Source: Octopus sinensis (lineage: Eukaryota). From it: a stretch of 64,000 nucleotides of DNA. Below, piece after piece: positions 51,532 through 64,000 of this stretch (the first letter of the stretch is position 1; each line of letters opens with the position of its first letter). A program made the translations under genes and the position numbers. The stretch covers positions 34,844,001-34,908,000 of the forward strand of contig NC_043010.1 of assembly GCF_006345805.1 (NCBI RefSeq). Reading direction: 5' to 3'. Under the pieces are notes generated by a model that was given only the letters and a program-made list of their open reading frames with translations, was not told where the DNA came from and searched no databases.

Positions 51532-51804
51532 GGCATTCCTTCGATATAACTTGACAAAATCAAAACATTTCACTTTGGGTATTTCCGTGGGTTATGGAGA
51601 ATAGATTTAACAAAATTATGCCAGCAATGTCTCGTTTTAAACTTGAAGAAAAAAAGCCTTGCATATTTGTTCTTACCTGCTTCATGTATGTATGTAAAAT
51701 CCGCTAATTTCCAAGCAGGAAACAGAATCGAACTGTCATTTGCTTCCACGGAAATATCCAAAGTGAAATGTTTTGATTTTGTTGAGTTATATCGAAAGAA
51801 TGCC
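51532..51804. mobile_element. MITE with ~59-bp TIRs
   Basis: GGCATTCCTTCGATATAACTTGACAAAATCAAAACATTTCACTTTGGGTATTTCCGTGG (51532-51590) is the near-perfect reverse complement of 51746-51804. Confidence 0.85.
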
Positions 51805-52186
51805 CTCTTTTTTTACTCTTTTCTCTTTTGTTCTATTTTGTTAAAATTTATCAAAAATTTTATCGAAGAATAAAATAGGAAAATGATAAAAAAAGTAAAT
51901 GACAATGAAGTTGTTGTAGTAGTTGTTTAGGCCAAGATTCCTGATTAAAAGTATTCAACCTATGTATATCTAGGACTATACTTGCCAGTGACCCTTTCTT
52001 TTTTATCTGACAGTAGTGTATGTGATTTGAGAGATATTTGGCTGCTATGTCTCCAGTTCCTATTTACATTCTAAGTTCCAATCCCACTGAGGTTGACTTT
52101 GTCTTTCATCCACTGGGGTCAATATAATTGACAAGCACCCACTGCCATCCCCAAATATTTCAGGTCTTGTGCCTATAGTAGAAAGG

Positions 52187-52218
<32 letters not shown>

Positions 52219-52793
52219 GGCAGGAAGCTGGCAGAATCGTTAGCATGCCAAGCAAAATGTGTCTCTACATTCACAGTCTTGATCCCACCAAGGGGTTCAT
52301 CTTGTTGAGTTTGATAATAATAATAAGCAAGCAGTGAAATATTGAGGAACTAAAGCAATGTGGAATGAAAGTGTTGCAAGTCAGAAACAAAAAGAAACAC
52401 TTCCAGTGGATTTGAACTCCTGCCTTAACAGCTGATAATCATCCAATACCTTATCCATTCAACCAATTTACTTTCCTACTGACTGACCTATTGCCCCCCT
52501 AGCATTGATTAGGGCTTTTAATAGACACAGTGATATCTATTTTTAGAATTTTATTTATTTATCTGTTTGTTTCACATTTAGGGAGTTTCTCCAAATATTA
52601 TGATTAGAATTCCATAAAGTTGAGGTAACAGTAGGTCTGTGAATGGGGTGGGGTTCTATACTTGATAAATTCCAATTTGGGGTTGGAACAGAGGAGGAAT
52701 GGAATAATGATTCAATTGTGCAAATAATATTTGCATTATTTTCCTTTGTACTTGTTTCTTATCAAGGGAGTGGTCTCTATCTGGAGAGAGAAT

Positions 52794-52829
<36 letters not shown>

Positions 52830-55060
52830 AGGTAGAGAGAGAAAGTGAGTGATAATGAGAAACAGAGGAAGAGAGTGAGCAACAAGGAGAGACAAAGACA
52901 AAAGGAGAGAGGAAGAAGTAAAAAGGGAATAAGGTATAAACACACAGCCACACACATATTTGGAGGTAAAAACAAGAGGAAGAGTACTAAATACATATAG
53001 TAATTTATTCAGAAAAAGCTGATGATTCACAGTTACTACTCAATTTATTACTATGTGTGATCCATTCAGGTAACAAACAGTGACTACACACACATATTTA
53101 TACCAAAGTTGTACTTGTGCAGCAAGCGATTAGATCTGAGATTGTGTGTTCAAACTGAAAAAAATCACATCATGAAAGAACCATTTTAACAATTTAAAAA
53201 CACGCAAAAACTGTTAAATGCTTGAGGTGTCAACTATTTGTCGGGTTTTCATTTGAATAAAATGACTTCCCCTTCCCTAACTCTGTTTGTTTCTCCACAA
53301 ACTCCTTTTGTTAACTATAAATCTGTTCTTTCATATTTTAACTTAACACTGCCTAAAACCCTTTCTTCCATTCTCTCATTGCAAATTAAAAGGTGGCCCC
53401 ATACCTACTGTGAAATGGTAGGAATTAAGAAGGGTGTCCAGTCATAGAAATCATGCCAAAACTAAAGCATTGTAGCAAGATAGCATTCTACTTGATTGTG
53501 TTGAACAGTCCAGCCCATTCCAGCATGAAAAGTCAATGTATCATCATACATACAAACAGATAGACAGACAGACAGATACACAAACAGACAGAAAGAAAAC
53601 TATATTCTCTAGAGTATAAACAATTACAAATTAGGATATAGTGTGTATTGATTAAAACACATTCATTCACACACAGTTTCACATACACATGTACAAATAA
53701 AACATCTGACAGTCTTCAGAGAAACAGTGTTCTGTGATGTAGTGGAAGTCAGCTAACTAGCCAATATAGATAGGTTTTCCTAAAATAAAAGGAAGACAAA
53801 AAAAAATGAAAACAAAAACCACAAAAAACAACTAAATATATCTGTGAACAGTTGTTACATTTAGCCAACATATTTTAGGTCTGGTCAATGTGGTCTGGTC
53901 ACCAAATGTTTAAGCTGTAAATCATGGCAAGTCAGGGTTCTTTTCAACTACAGCATTTGGCCCCCCAGAGAAACAATGAATAATTAACTAACCATAGGTT
54001 GTTGCTATAGACCATTCTTTTATTCTTTCATTAGATGCCATCACTGGATAATGACCATGCTGGAACACCTCATTTTCAGTTTTTGATCACTTTTGTTGAC
54101 TTCAGTACTTTATCTATTACTCAGTTTGGAAAATCCATAGAAGGAGAAAAAGCAAAATAGAGCCAAGCAAGATTTGAACTCAGAACATAAAAAGACCTAA
54201 CCAAATATCACAAAATATTTTGTATGGTTCTCTATTGATTCTGCTATTATATATTTTTCAACATAAACTTCATTGCAAAATTAATTTAAGAAAAACCGAT
54301 AGAAGCACAAAAACTAACATCAGCTATGTTTCCATGTCTTCTTTTAAAAGCTTGTTATATTAGATCAATCAGTGTGTTGTTACGTGGCTGAGCAAGGTAT
54401 TTATTTCTGCTCTCTTGCTTTATCTTCAGTGCACCTGACTGACTGTCGGGCCTCCATCTCACTTCACAATCAAGTGGTTAGCAGTCGGAAAGTGAATATG
54501 ATTCGACAGACATTTATCTGTAGAGAAACAATTATTCCGACAATTATGTAAAAGGTCAAAATTTGGAAAAACAACGAGAAAGACGGAAAAACGGTGCCCC
54601 TTCACCACCACCACCACCACGTAATGTATCATAGGAAATTAGAAATAAAACACTATAAACATGAATAAATTTGTGATAGACAAAACTAATTCAACAGACA
54701 ACAATTTATGTTTGTGTGTGAGTGTGTGTGTTTTATATATGATGTCAGTACCACTGACTTGTTTGCCATGATGAAGGTGATACAATCAGAATAGAGAATT
54801 GTTGTTTGTTTGTACAGCAGTACAGTACAGTTCTATAGACTTTAAGAGAACAATGAAATTAGATACTCTCATTTAGACACACGTATATATTTCTGTAAAT
54901 GTACATATATGTATGCATATGTGTATATATGCATATATATATATATATATCAAATATGAATATAATATGCATATGTATATGCATATATGGATCTGTATTT
55001 CTGTATATGTATATATATCTATGCAGATGAGTAAGTACACACATATATTTATATTCATAC

Positions 55061-55122
<62 letters not shown>

Positions 55123-55260
55123 CATACAGGTATACATGTATATATACATATTTCTATATGCATATATGTGTGTACGTGTGAGTGTGTGTGTGTGTATAGG
55201 TATGTTTGTATATACAGAGATATCTTATAGCTATAAACATTATCATCCTTCTCCACTCAC

Positions 55261-55496
55261 ATGAAAGCATTTACTTAAATTCACAGAGGAATAATGAATA
55301 ACACTTTCCCAATTTCTAATAATAAAGATGGCAATAAAGACACACGCAGTACAACACACACACACACGAACTCGTTTGTCTTGTGCAATCTATAAGCAGA
55401 ATGGCCAAGAAGAATGAAGAACAATGTAAATGAGAAGAAAGAAATCTTACAAGGTTCCACCACTCCACTATTACCACTACCATCCGAAGAAGCTGT
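55261..55496 (-). other. Candidate non-coding (UTR/lncRNA) exon
   Basis: Polypyrimidine acceptors (TTTTCTTTTGATGTTAG| at 55496; alternative TTCCTCCTGTTCAG| at 55513) and donor CAT|GTGAGT at 55261/55260. Contains a (GT)n tract and stops. Confidence 0.25.
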
Positions 55497-55819
55497 CTAA
55501 CATCAAAAGAAAACTGAACAGGAGGAAAATAAAAAAGCAAAAAAAAAGCAGACATTCAACTGAGGAACTAGATGTAAACAATGTTATTTTGTGATGAATT
55601 ATTATTATTCAATATTGGCAGGTGCTCGCAGCCTTCTACTAGTCAGATAATGACTGTTAGTAGAACTTTCATATTAGCAATTTATAGAGGACTAATGGTG
55701 AGGAACAGTAACATCATTTTGAGAAAAAACACACAAGGTAATAACATGAAGGAACCGGTGGTGCTAGCTTAGAATGTGAGCAGAAGAACAAAGCTGTTTT
55801 ACAAGCACAATTTAATCAA

Positions 55820-55875
55820 CTAAACCCTTCTGGAAAAATTTCAGGCCTTGTACCTAAATTAGAAACATAATATTA

Positions 55876-55906
<31 letters not shown>

Positions 55907-57028
55907 TATTACTATTGCGAGCTGGTAAAATCATTAGCATACTGGTCAAGTTGCTGCTAAGTATTTTGTTAGTCTTTACATTCTAAGTTTAAATTCTACC
56001 AAGGTTGACAGTGCTTTTCATCTTTTTGGGGGTCACTAGAATAAGTACCTGTGAAACATTGGGGTTGATGTAATTGATTAGTCCCTTCCCACAAAATTTC
56101 TGGCCTTGTGCTTTTAATAGAAAGGATTATTATTATCATTATTATGAAGAAGGTGCATGCCATCAAAGTGACATTGGAGTAAAATACGTATACGAAGCCC
56201 ATTATACCCATCATGACTACCTGTCTGATAAGGGTACATTAGGCACATGCATCACAACCATATGTGCGCGATATGGTGATCTCCTATCAAGATAAACAGC
56301 ACATGTCTTCACATTCTGAGTTCAAATGCCACTGGGGTTGACTTTACCTTTCATCCTTTCAGGATCAATAAAATAAGAACCAGTTGAGGACTGGGGTTGA
56401 TGTAATTGACCTGTCCCCTCTCCACAAATTTCAGGCCTTGTGCTTATTGTAGAAAGGATTATTATTATTATTAATGAGTGAGAGAGCAGCGCATGCCATC
56501 AAAGTGACACTGGGGTAAAATATACAAAGCCCAGTAAACCCATCATGACTACCCGTCTGATAAGTCTACACTAGGCACATGCATCACAACCATATGTGCA
56601 CGACATGGTGATCTTATATCAAGATAAATAGCGCATGACCTTGCAGGTGGGGCCCAGTTAGAATTTTTTTCTTCTGGTTGAGTAACCCATTCCGCTCAAA
56701 AGGTCCCTGAATAAGGGTTAAGGATGTTGAACGAAGCACCCATGTTTCCAGAGGTGAATTATCCAAACCTCTAAGAATTCCTTTCAACACATGGTTATGA
56801 TGCTCCCCCACTACTTTTGCTCGTGATCAGAGATGCACATATCGTCAGCCACTAAGGGACATGCTCAACTGGTTAAGGTCAAACAACTGACATGCAAATC
56901 TGTGGTATTGAGCAGAATATTTGCTGTAGCCCATCTTTTATACCAAGACAAAACAATGTACATGATAACACTTCCAATCAGTTAAGATCAGAAGCCACAA
57001 GAACCACTACCTGGTACTGCACCAGGGC

Positions 57029-57066
<38 letters not shown>

Positions 57067-57503
57067 TACTAAGGCAGTAAGCTGGCATGCTGGACAAAAT
57101 GGTTTGCAATATTTCATTTATCTTTACAGTGTGAGGAAAAATTCCACTGGTCAACTTTATCTTTTATCATCCTTTCAAGATTGATAAGATAAGTACCAGT
57201 TGAGCACTGGAGTTGATTTAATTGACTAACACCCTCCTGCCAAAATTTTAGGCTATGTGCTTATAGTAGAAAGGATTATTATTATTATTTTTATTATGGT
57301 TCAACACGACATATTCTGCTGATCTATCATTCTAATTATTGACGATGATGAAGTTGATGATAATAGTAATAATGGCTTCAAATTTTAGCAGAAGGGGTAA
57401 GTAATTTTAGGGGAAGGAGTAAGTCGATTACCTCAACCACAGTGTTCAACTGGTACTAACTTTATCAACTCTGAAAGAATGACAGGTAAAGTTGACATCA
57501 GTG

Positions 57504-57510
<7 letters not shown>
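55820..57510. mobile_element. Composite (ATT)n array: tRNA-SINEs interleaved with the ~555-bp element (partial 56146-56305; full 56476-57032)
   Basis: Alternating family motifs, each bounded by ATT repeats. Confidence 0.82.
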
Positions 57511-57537
<27 letters not shown>

Positions 57538-57804
57538 AATAATAATAATAATAGGGAATTGCTCATATCCTGCGCAAAATACTTTCTATGTAATCTCAAG
57601 TTTTAAAACAAACATAATTTTCATATGTTTTTTTTTAGACATTCACTAGTACAACACTAAATACAAAACCAAATATATGGCACACTAGGCATAACAACAA
57701 CATGAACTTCTGACCTGTTGTCTCTTGAGGTCTCTGGGTGAGACTTGGAGCCAACTTGTACAAATATAAAGCAAAAGTCAAACATAGAATAATAATAATA
57801 ATAC

Positions 57805-58188
57805 TATTAGACTAATAGGTGTAAGTGTTCCCTCTGATAAAACTATATCTGTAAAGGAATTTGACAGATTAAGTAAATATAAGGACCTGGAAATTGAAAT
57901 ACAAAAGATGTGGTATCTTAAAGCAAGAACTGTTCCTGTTATTGTGGGTGCTCTAGGTATGATAAGAAAGGGATGTCAGTACTGCCCACATCCTTAGAAA
58001 AACCCTATCAGTTTAAATGTATGTATTGTATTACATGAAGGTATTTCACTACAGCCCTTGCTACTTCCCCTCCCCAAGCTTTCATTCATACTGTAACATC
58101 TCTTATCCTTCACTCGTCCTAGGATGCTGGGTGTGTCCTAGGCGAGTGATTGTAACAAACATGCAGATTAAAAGTAAATAATAATAAT
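57805..58188 (+). pseudogene. Dong/R4-like non-LTR retrotransposon 3' end: restriction-like endonuclease C-terminus, 3'UTR and (AAT)n tail; internally deleted
   Basis: 57812-57979 reads LIGVSVPSDKTISVKEFDRLSKYKDLEIEIQKMWYLKARTVPVIVGALGMIRKGCQ. A shifted frame then reads STAHILRKTLSV* (stop 58014-58016). These match REL-domain motifs LID..P / K..KYxDL / PVIVGALG of R4-type elements as I recall them. 57641-57803 looks like the 3'UTR plus (AAT)n of a second copy. Confidence 0.75.
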
Positions 58189-58435
58189 GGTTTAAATTTT
58201 GGCATAAGGCCAGCAATTTTAGGGGAGGAAAGAAGTCAATTATATCAACCCCAGTGCTCAACTGCTACATATTTCATCAATTACTTATTTCTACAACCTA
58301 AAAGGCTGAAAGGCAAAGTCAGCCTTCATAGAATTTGAACTCAGACTGCAAAGAGCCAGAAAAATATGCTACTAAGCATTTTCTCCAACATGCAAATGAT
58401 TCTGCCAGCTAGCAGCTTTAGTGATAATAATAATA

Positions 58436-58471
<36 letters not shown>

Positions 58472-59679
58472 GTTACTATTTAACATTTACCACAAGCACA
58501 TATACTGCATATCTAAGTGGGAGGAGAGAATATGACAAAGAGAATACGAAAGAAAAGAAAATTTATAGTCATTAAAAAAAATAAGAGATTCACACATTAG
58601 TACAAGGTGACACATTTCATGGGAAGAACAAAGACAATTAAGTTGGCTCCAGTATTTGGCAGGTATTTTTTATAGATCCACCCACACTGAATGATAAAAG
58701 GCAACGTGAACCTTCATGGGCTTTGATCTCAGAACATAAAGAAAGCTAACTAACCATCACGTGTGTTTCTCAATGCGCTATAAATTCTGTCAAGCCATCG
58801 GCCCCTGTAATGGAAAGTGCAATCTGTATATCATCAGTATTAGCACCATTACAATAGGTTTCATATCCATTTTACCATAATGGTAATCAGCAAGACAAGT
58901 CTATGGAACAAGAACCACTTACTACCATGAGAGAGAGCTAATGAGAGGGAACTAACAAGAGGGTCTCTATAAAGTCACTAAACCTGCTAGAAATAGCAGC
59001 CAAATCTCCCTCCAGTCATCATCATCATTTAGCGTCTACTTTCCATGCTGGCATGGGTTAGATGGTTTGACTGAAACTGATAAGCTGGAAAGCTGCACCA
59101 GGTTCCAGTTTGATTTGGCATGGTTTCTATGGCTGGATGCCCTTCCTAATGACAACCACTCCAAGCATGTAATGAGCGCTTTTCAAAGAAACAACATAAT
59201 AAATCAGAAATATCAAATTTCTAAATCTCTCATAGAGATATGTACGGTGGTGGGGGTGATAGAATAGTTGTATACTGTCAATCTAATGAGAACGTGACAG
59301 TATACAACCAACATAAAAAATAATATATTCCTAAACAGATAGGAAGGTCCTGGAAAGAATGCCTTTTGTCATAGAGCTGCCCGAAAAAAGTTGACCTGGG
59401 GTTGGACAACATCAGCCATTTTCTCTGTGACATCTTTTATCTTCCCTAGGCTGCTTTCTTTCTAGATCTACTGTTTTACTATGGAACATTTTGTACTGTT
59501 CTGTCTTCTGTGAACATATTTAGCCTTTTCATTATCCTGTTTTCCTTGAAAGACACTACTGTATTTGATTTAATTTTTGAAAATAATGAAAAATTTAGTC
59601 AAATGAACATTATACTGAGTTAGTGATTAAAATGCAAATTAACATGAAATTTCAGTGAAAGGTTTTAAATCTAAATTAC

Positions 59680-59898
59680 TTTAACCATTCAGACTACTTT
59701 GTCAATTGTAAAGCTTATTTATTCACATTATTTTGAATTTCTCACGCATTGTGTCATGGCTCTGAGATTCCAGTGATGTGATAGGTGAATTTTAGAATGA
59801 TTCTGTAGTGTAGATGTGAGAGGCTGGATCTGGCCAATTTGAATATAAAAAAAGAATATTTGGGCTGGATATGGTCAATTCAAAAGCTAAAGGTTTAA
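59680..59898. mobile_element. piggyBac-like MITE remnant (TTAA-flanked)
   Basis: TTAACCATTCAG...GCTAAAGGTTTAA, with degenerate TTAA-CCC-type ends. Confidence 0.45.
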
Positions 59899-60179
59899 AG
59901 CAGGTGGAACCAGGGGCGGTCTTAGTGGGTTCGTATCAAAAGGATTAAGGGAGGATTTCCACTTGTAGTGTATTTGGCAGACAAGCTTTAACAATAGATT
60001 CTTATGACTGGATGTTTGCTCTTCCTGATATGTGCAGCAATGCCCTCGTTGCAGTTGTTGTTCTCGCTATTGTTGTTGTCGTTGCTGTAATCAAGTGAAA
60101 TGAACAAACACAGAGAGGTCTGTATTGATGTGTTTGTATCATGGTCTGTTGGTTCTGTGAGTCATTTTTTTTTCTTTCT

Positions 60180-60960
60180 ATCACAACCATCACAAGCCAT
60201 TCTTCACCACTGCCAACATTTCCCACCACAGCCAGCTTACCATGCCATCGCTGTCACAGCACTATTACCACCACGTCCACTACTAATGCTGTACAACAAC
60301 TATCACATCATTATCATCATTGCTATCTCTACTCCACATCCTATTGCAACAACAGAATTAACTCACTTTCTAACAACACACCACCCCCATTTCCACCATC
60401 ACCACCACCATCACCACCAGAACTAACTCACTTTCCAACAACACACCACCACCATCTCCACCACCACCACCACCACCACCAACTTCACCACCACCAACTC
60501 CACCACCACCACCACCAGCACTACTACCATCAGCATTGAAGCTGCCATCACTGCTATCATGATCAATGTAGCCACTACCACTTCCACTACCATCACCATC
60601 ACCATCATCGTTGTAGCCATCATGACCACCACCACCACCACCATCAATGAAACCACTACCACAAATGCAGCTACCATCTTTAATGCAGCTACCAACACCA
60701 CTACCATCAATGTAGCCATCACCACCACCACCACCATAAATGTAGCTATCACTGCGACCATGACCATCAATGACTCTGTCACCACCACCACTACCACCAC
60801 CATCACTGTTGCTGCCAGAACCACCATGTCAATGCCTTCATACCACCACCATCAAAAGAACCATTATGATCACAACATAATACTAGTACATCACCAGCAC
60901 TGCTACCACCACTACTACTACTGCCACCCATTCACCACCACCGCACCACCATCACATTTG
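60180..60960. repeat. Cryptic (CAC/CAT) trinucleotide repeat block
   Basis: Direct reading; gives poly-H, poly-T and poly-V ORFs in several frames. Confidence 0.9.
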
Positions 60961-61569
60961 AATAAGAATTTGACAAGTTGCAGGCCATGACTTTACATGA
61001 TCAGATTTGAATGGTAACTAAACAAAAACAATAACCACAAGAGTTGCAGGAATAACATCAACCAGAAGAGGAAAAAAAAAAGTTAGAGAAAAAAAACAAA
61101 ACACTTAGAGAAGTAAAATACTTAAACAGTAGGAAAAAGCTATGAAAAGACACAGAGACATCATCATCAACAACAACAACAAGCCAGCAGCATATAACCT
61201 CCAATGAACTCCAGATGAAGATAGACATCAAAGAGTTCAATCTCATCAGTGGTCCCCAATGCAGTGATGTGTACATGAAAAACCTAACATCTTGAGAATC
61301 TCACTTTATCATCATTTTAATGTTTGCTTTCCAGCCGGGCATGGTACAATACATGCATACACATATACCCCTTTTATATATATACACATATACATATGTT
61401 TAAATACACTCACACACACATATATATATATATATATATACATATATTGATAAGCATATATCTCTCTCTATATATATATATACATACACACACACACACA
61501 CACACGCACACAAAGGGAAATACACAAACATATATAAATATATATACTGTCATGTATACATGCATGTGC

Positions 61570-61605
<36 letters not shown>

Positions 61606-61934
61606 ATATATATATTATACAAATACATACACACACAGGGAAATACACAAACATATATAAATACTTATACAGTCATGTATACATGCATGCATATATACAT
61701 ACATACACACACACACACAGATATGCAAACATAAATATGCATACATCTATATGCATAAATGTATATGTGCACAAACACATGCATAAACTACACATACATT
61801 TACACAAACACACACACACATACATATATATTTTGCTTACTTGCTTTTTTTATACACACACACACATTTCAAACATTATATATAACCTCTTGACTATCAA
61901 GAAGTGATCACACCACAAACTCTCTTCCTTTCAG

Positions 61935-62040
61935 ATGCAGAAAACGAACATCAAAGAACCCAGACAATCCACCACTGGAAACTTTCCTATTCCTGTTAGG
62001 TTAAAAATTTTCACAACCATCCAAGATAGCATAATGGACG
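61935..62040 (+). other. Candidate exon (106 nt), open in frame 0: MQKTNIKEPRQSTTGNFPIPVRLKIFTTIQDSIMD
   Basis: Acceptor CTCTCTTCCTTTCAG| and donor ACG|GTAAGT bracket non-repetitive sequence. No homology recognised. Confidence 0.35.
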
Positions 62041-62213
62041 GTAAGTCTCAGATAGATTGTGAGCATCTGCTGAAGTTCACTGCGTCCAAACTCCTGGATA
62101 TCAATGTGAAATTGTTGTACAGAAATAACAAGCAGCACTAATCATGCATATACATAAACAGGCATATGTGTACACACACACATGCATGCACTATTCCTGG
62201 CAAGACCACTCAC

Positions 62214-62371
62214 AAGTAGGAGTGGCTGCGTGGTAAGTAGCTTGCTTACGAACCACATGGTTCCAGTTCAGTCCACTAAGTGGCACCTTGGGCAAGTGTC
62301 TTCTCGGGCCGACCAAAGCCTTGTGAGTGGATTTGGTAGATGGAAACTGAAAGAAGCCCATCGTATATATG

Positions 62372-62414
<43 letters not shown>

Positions 62415-62607
62415 TTGTGTGTCTGTGTGTGTGTCCCCAACATCGCTTGAAAACCGATGCTGGTGTGTTTACATCCCTGTAACTTACCAGTTCGGCAAAA
62501 GAGTAAGAACTAGGCTTACAAAGAATAAGTCCTGGGGTTGATTTGCCTGACTAAAGGCGGTGCTCCAGCATGGTCAAAGTCAAATGACTGAAACAAGTAA
62601 AAGAGTA
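62214..62607 (+). mobile_element. CORE-type tRNA SINE, full length
   Basis: Head GGAGTGGCTGCGTGGTAAGTAGC, CORE-like GGCACCTTGGGCAAGTGTCTTC, tail GAAACAAGTAAAAGAGTAAG. Confidence 0.88.
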
Positions 62608-62667
62608 AGTACATTTTGAGCACCTTGTCTAACCATGCCGTTTTATACATTACACATACATATAGTA

Positions 62668-62706
<39 letters not shown>

Positions 62707-64000
62707 CGTGTGTGTGTGTTTGTGTGTGTGTGTGTGTCTAAGTATATGGCATAATGACCAATGTTTTAGCATCAGTGCTTTCCTTGTTAGCATGGAATAA
62801 ATGTGTCTGTCATAAATGTAAATTCTCATCTGTCTTATCCTTCTGCTGTCTCGCAACTTCCGTCCTCCAGCATCCTGACACCCGACCCTCCCTCCTCTCT
62901 ATGTTTACTTCAGTCTTCCTTTTCCATAGGCATCTTTCACTAATGCCACACATCTCCCCTTCATCCATCATCTATCACCTTTTATGTTCAACTTCACTCA
63001 GCACCCTTATAGTCTGAATTTTATGCAGACCAATATTACAAAGTCCGAGATGCAGCACGGACTTTGTCAGTGAACAGGTCGCGGATTTTAGTGACGAAAA
63101 TATTTTGACAAATTAAACTTCAATATTACATACCTAGTAATTAATTCTGGCCTCGTTTTCCCTCCAGTTTCTACAAAACTGTCACATTCAGTGGTTACAT
63201 TTCACTAAAAGAATTCTATTTTCCCCATCAACAACAACAGATTTGATAATAATGTATATTTACTTTTTGATTCCTTCATTATTAATTGAGCAAGTATAAC
63301 GAAGCATCATGCTTTGGCGATGAGCTCTGAATAAAACCAGAACATGTCTAGACTTGTCTCTTGTATAGAAGAGAAAAATAAAAATGATATTATAGATTAG
63401 CTAATATATTTTCATCTCCCTCACTGTGCATTTATTTGTAGTTGACCTTTTAATGTTCCTTGTATTACATATATTGAATTACCTTTATTTACTACAGTTT
63501 GCATTTTAGATGGAGAGAGAGCACCTTTTTGCCAACTGAAGTAAACACACCCAGGGTATCTTTCCCTCCATTTTCACTCTTGTAACTATATTTTTTACTA
63601 CAACCACACCTAGCAGTAATTACATCACCTACCAAATAGAAACTATTAAAAAGTATCTTGTGAGCCATTTAGAAATAGTGACAATATATACATACATGTA
63701 TATATCCATATACACAGACACAAAAACATAGATGTATGCAAATGTATATTAACATATAGACATAAACAGACAGACACACACACACACACACACACACACA
63801 TTAATATATATATCTGCACACATAGCTAAAGACACATATACATTTACACACACATATAAATATAAATAGAGCTTACAATCAAAGTAAAACCAAATTCTAG
63901 TACTAAATGACTTAGCAAAGATCTCTATAGAGGTAAAAGAAAAAAAAAAAAATCTAGAGAATTGACATAGGGGAGCACATCCTCACTAACATTGCTTAAT

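Noticed and set aside
60100-60990. Poly-His and poly-Thr ORFs
   Set aside because: (CAC)n-derived, simultaneously open in multiple frames and on both strands.

Overview
AT-rich, repeat-dense animal genomic DNA. The SINE families and microsatellite load resemble what I recall from Octopus genomes; this is an inference and no database was searched. No protein-coding gene could be confidently identified, and most ORFs in the track are by-products of tandem repeats, microsatellites and SINEs. Bases 1-5318 are a homogeneous ~363-bp satellite in which every fifth monomer carries a 28-bp internal duplication, giving a ~1.85-kb higher-order repeat. A C-rich transition zone and a CpG-intact SINE follow. 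The rest looks like intronic or intergenic DNA with CORE-type SINEs, head-to-tail tRNA-SINE arrays in (ATT)n tracts, decayed Dong/R4, RTE and CR1-like LINE fragments, Penelope-type terminal repeats with minimal hammerhead motifs, and several MITEs or foldbacks. Most striking: (i) a perfect 135-bp inverted repeat at 35298-35618 whose loop is almost exactly a 50-nt GT-AG intron-like sequence; (ii) the 5-mer higher-order satellite, possibly derived from a SINE-array junction; (iii) covarying hammerhead motifs; (iv) a set of elements tied to (AAT)n microsatellites. A CpG-rich promoter-like region (15.2-16.2 kb) and a few isolated exon candidates suggest a large, unidentified gene may span the window.
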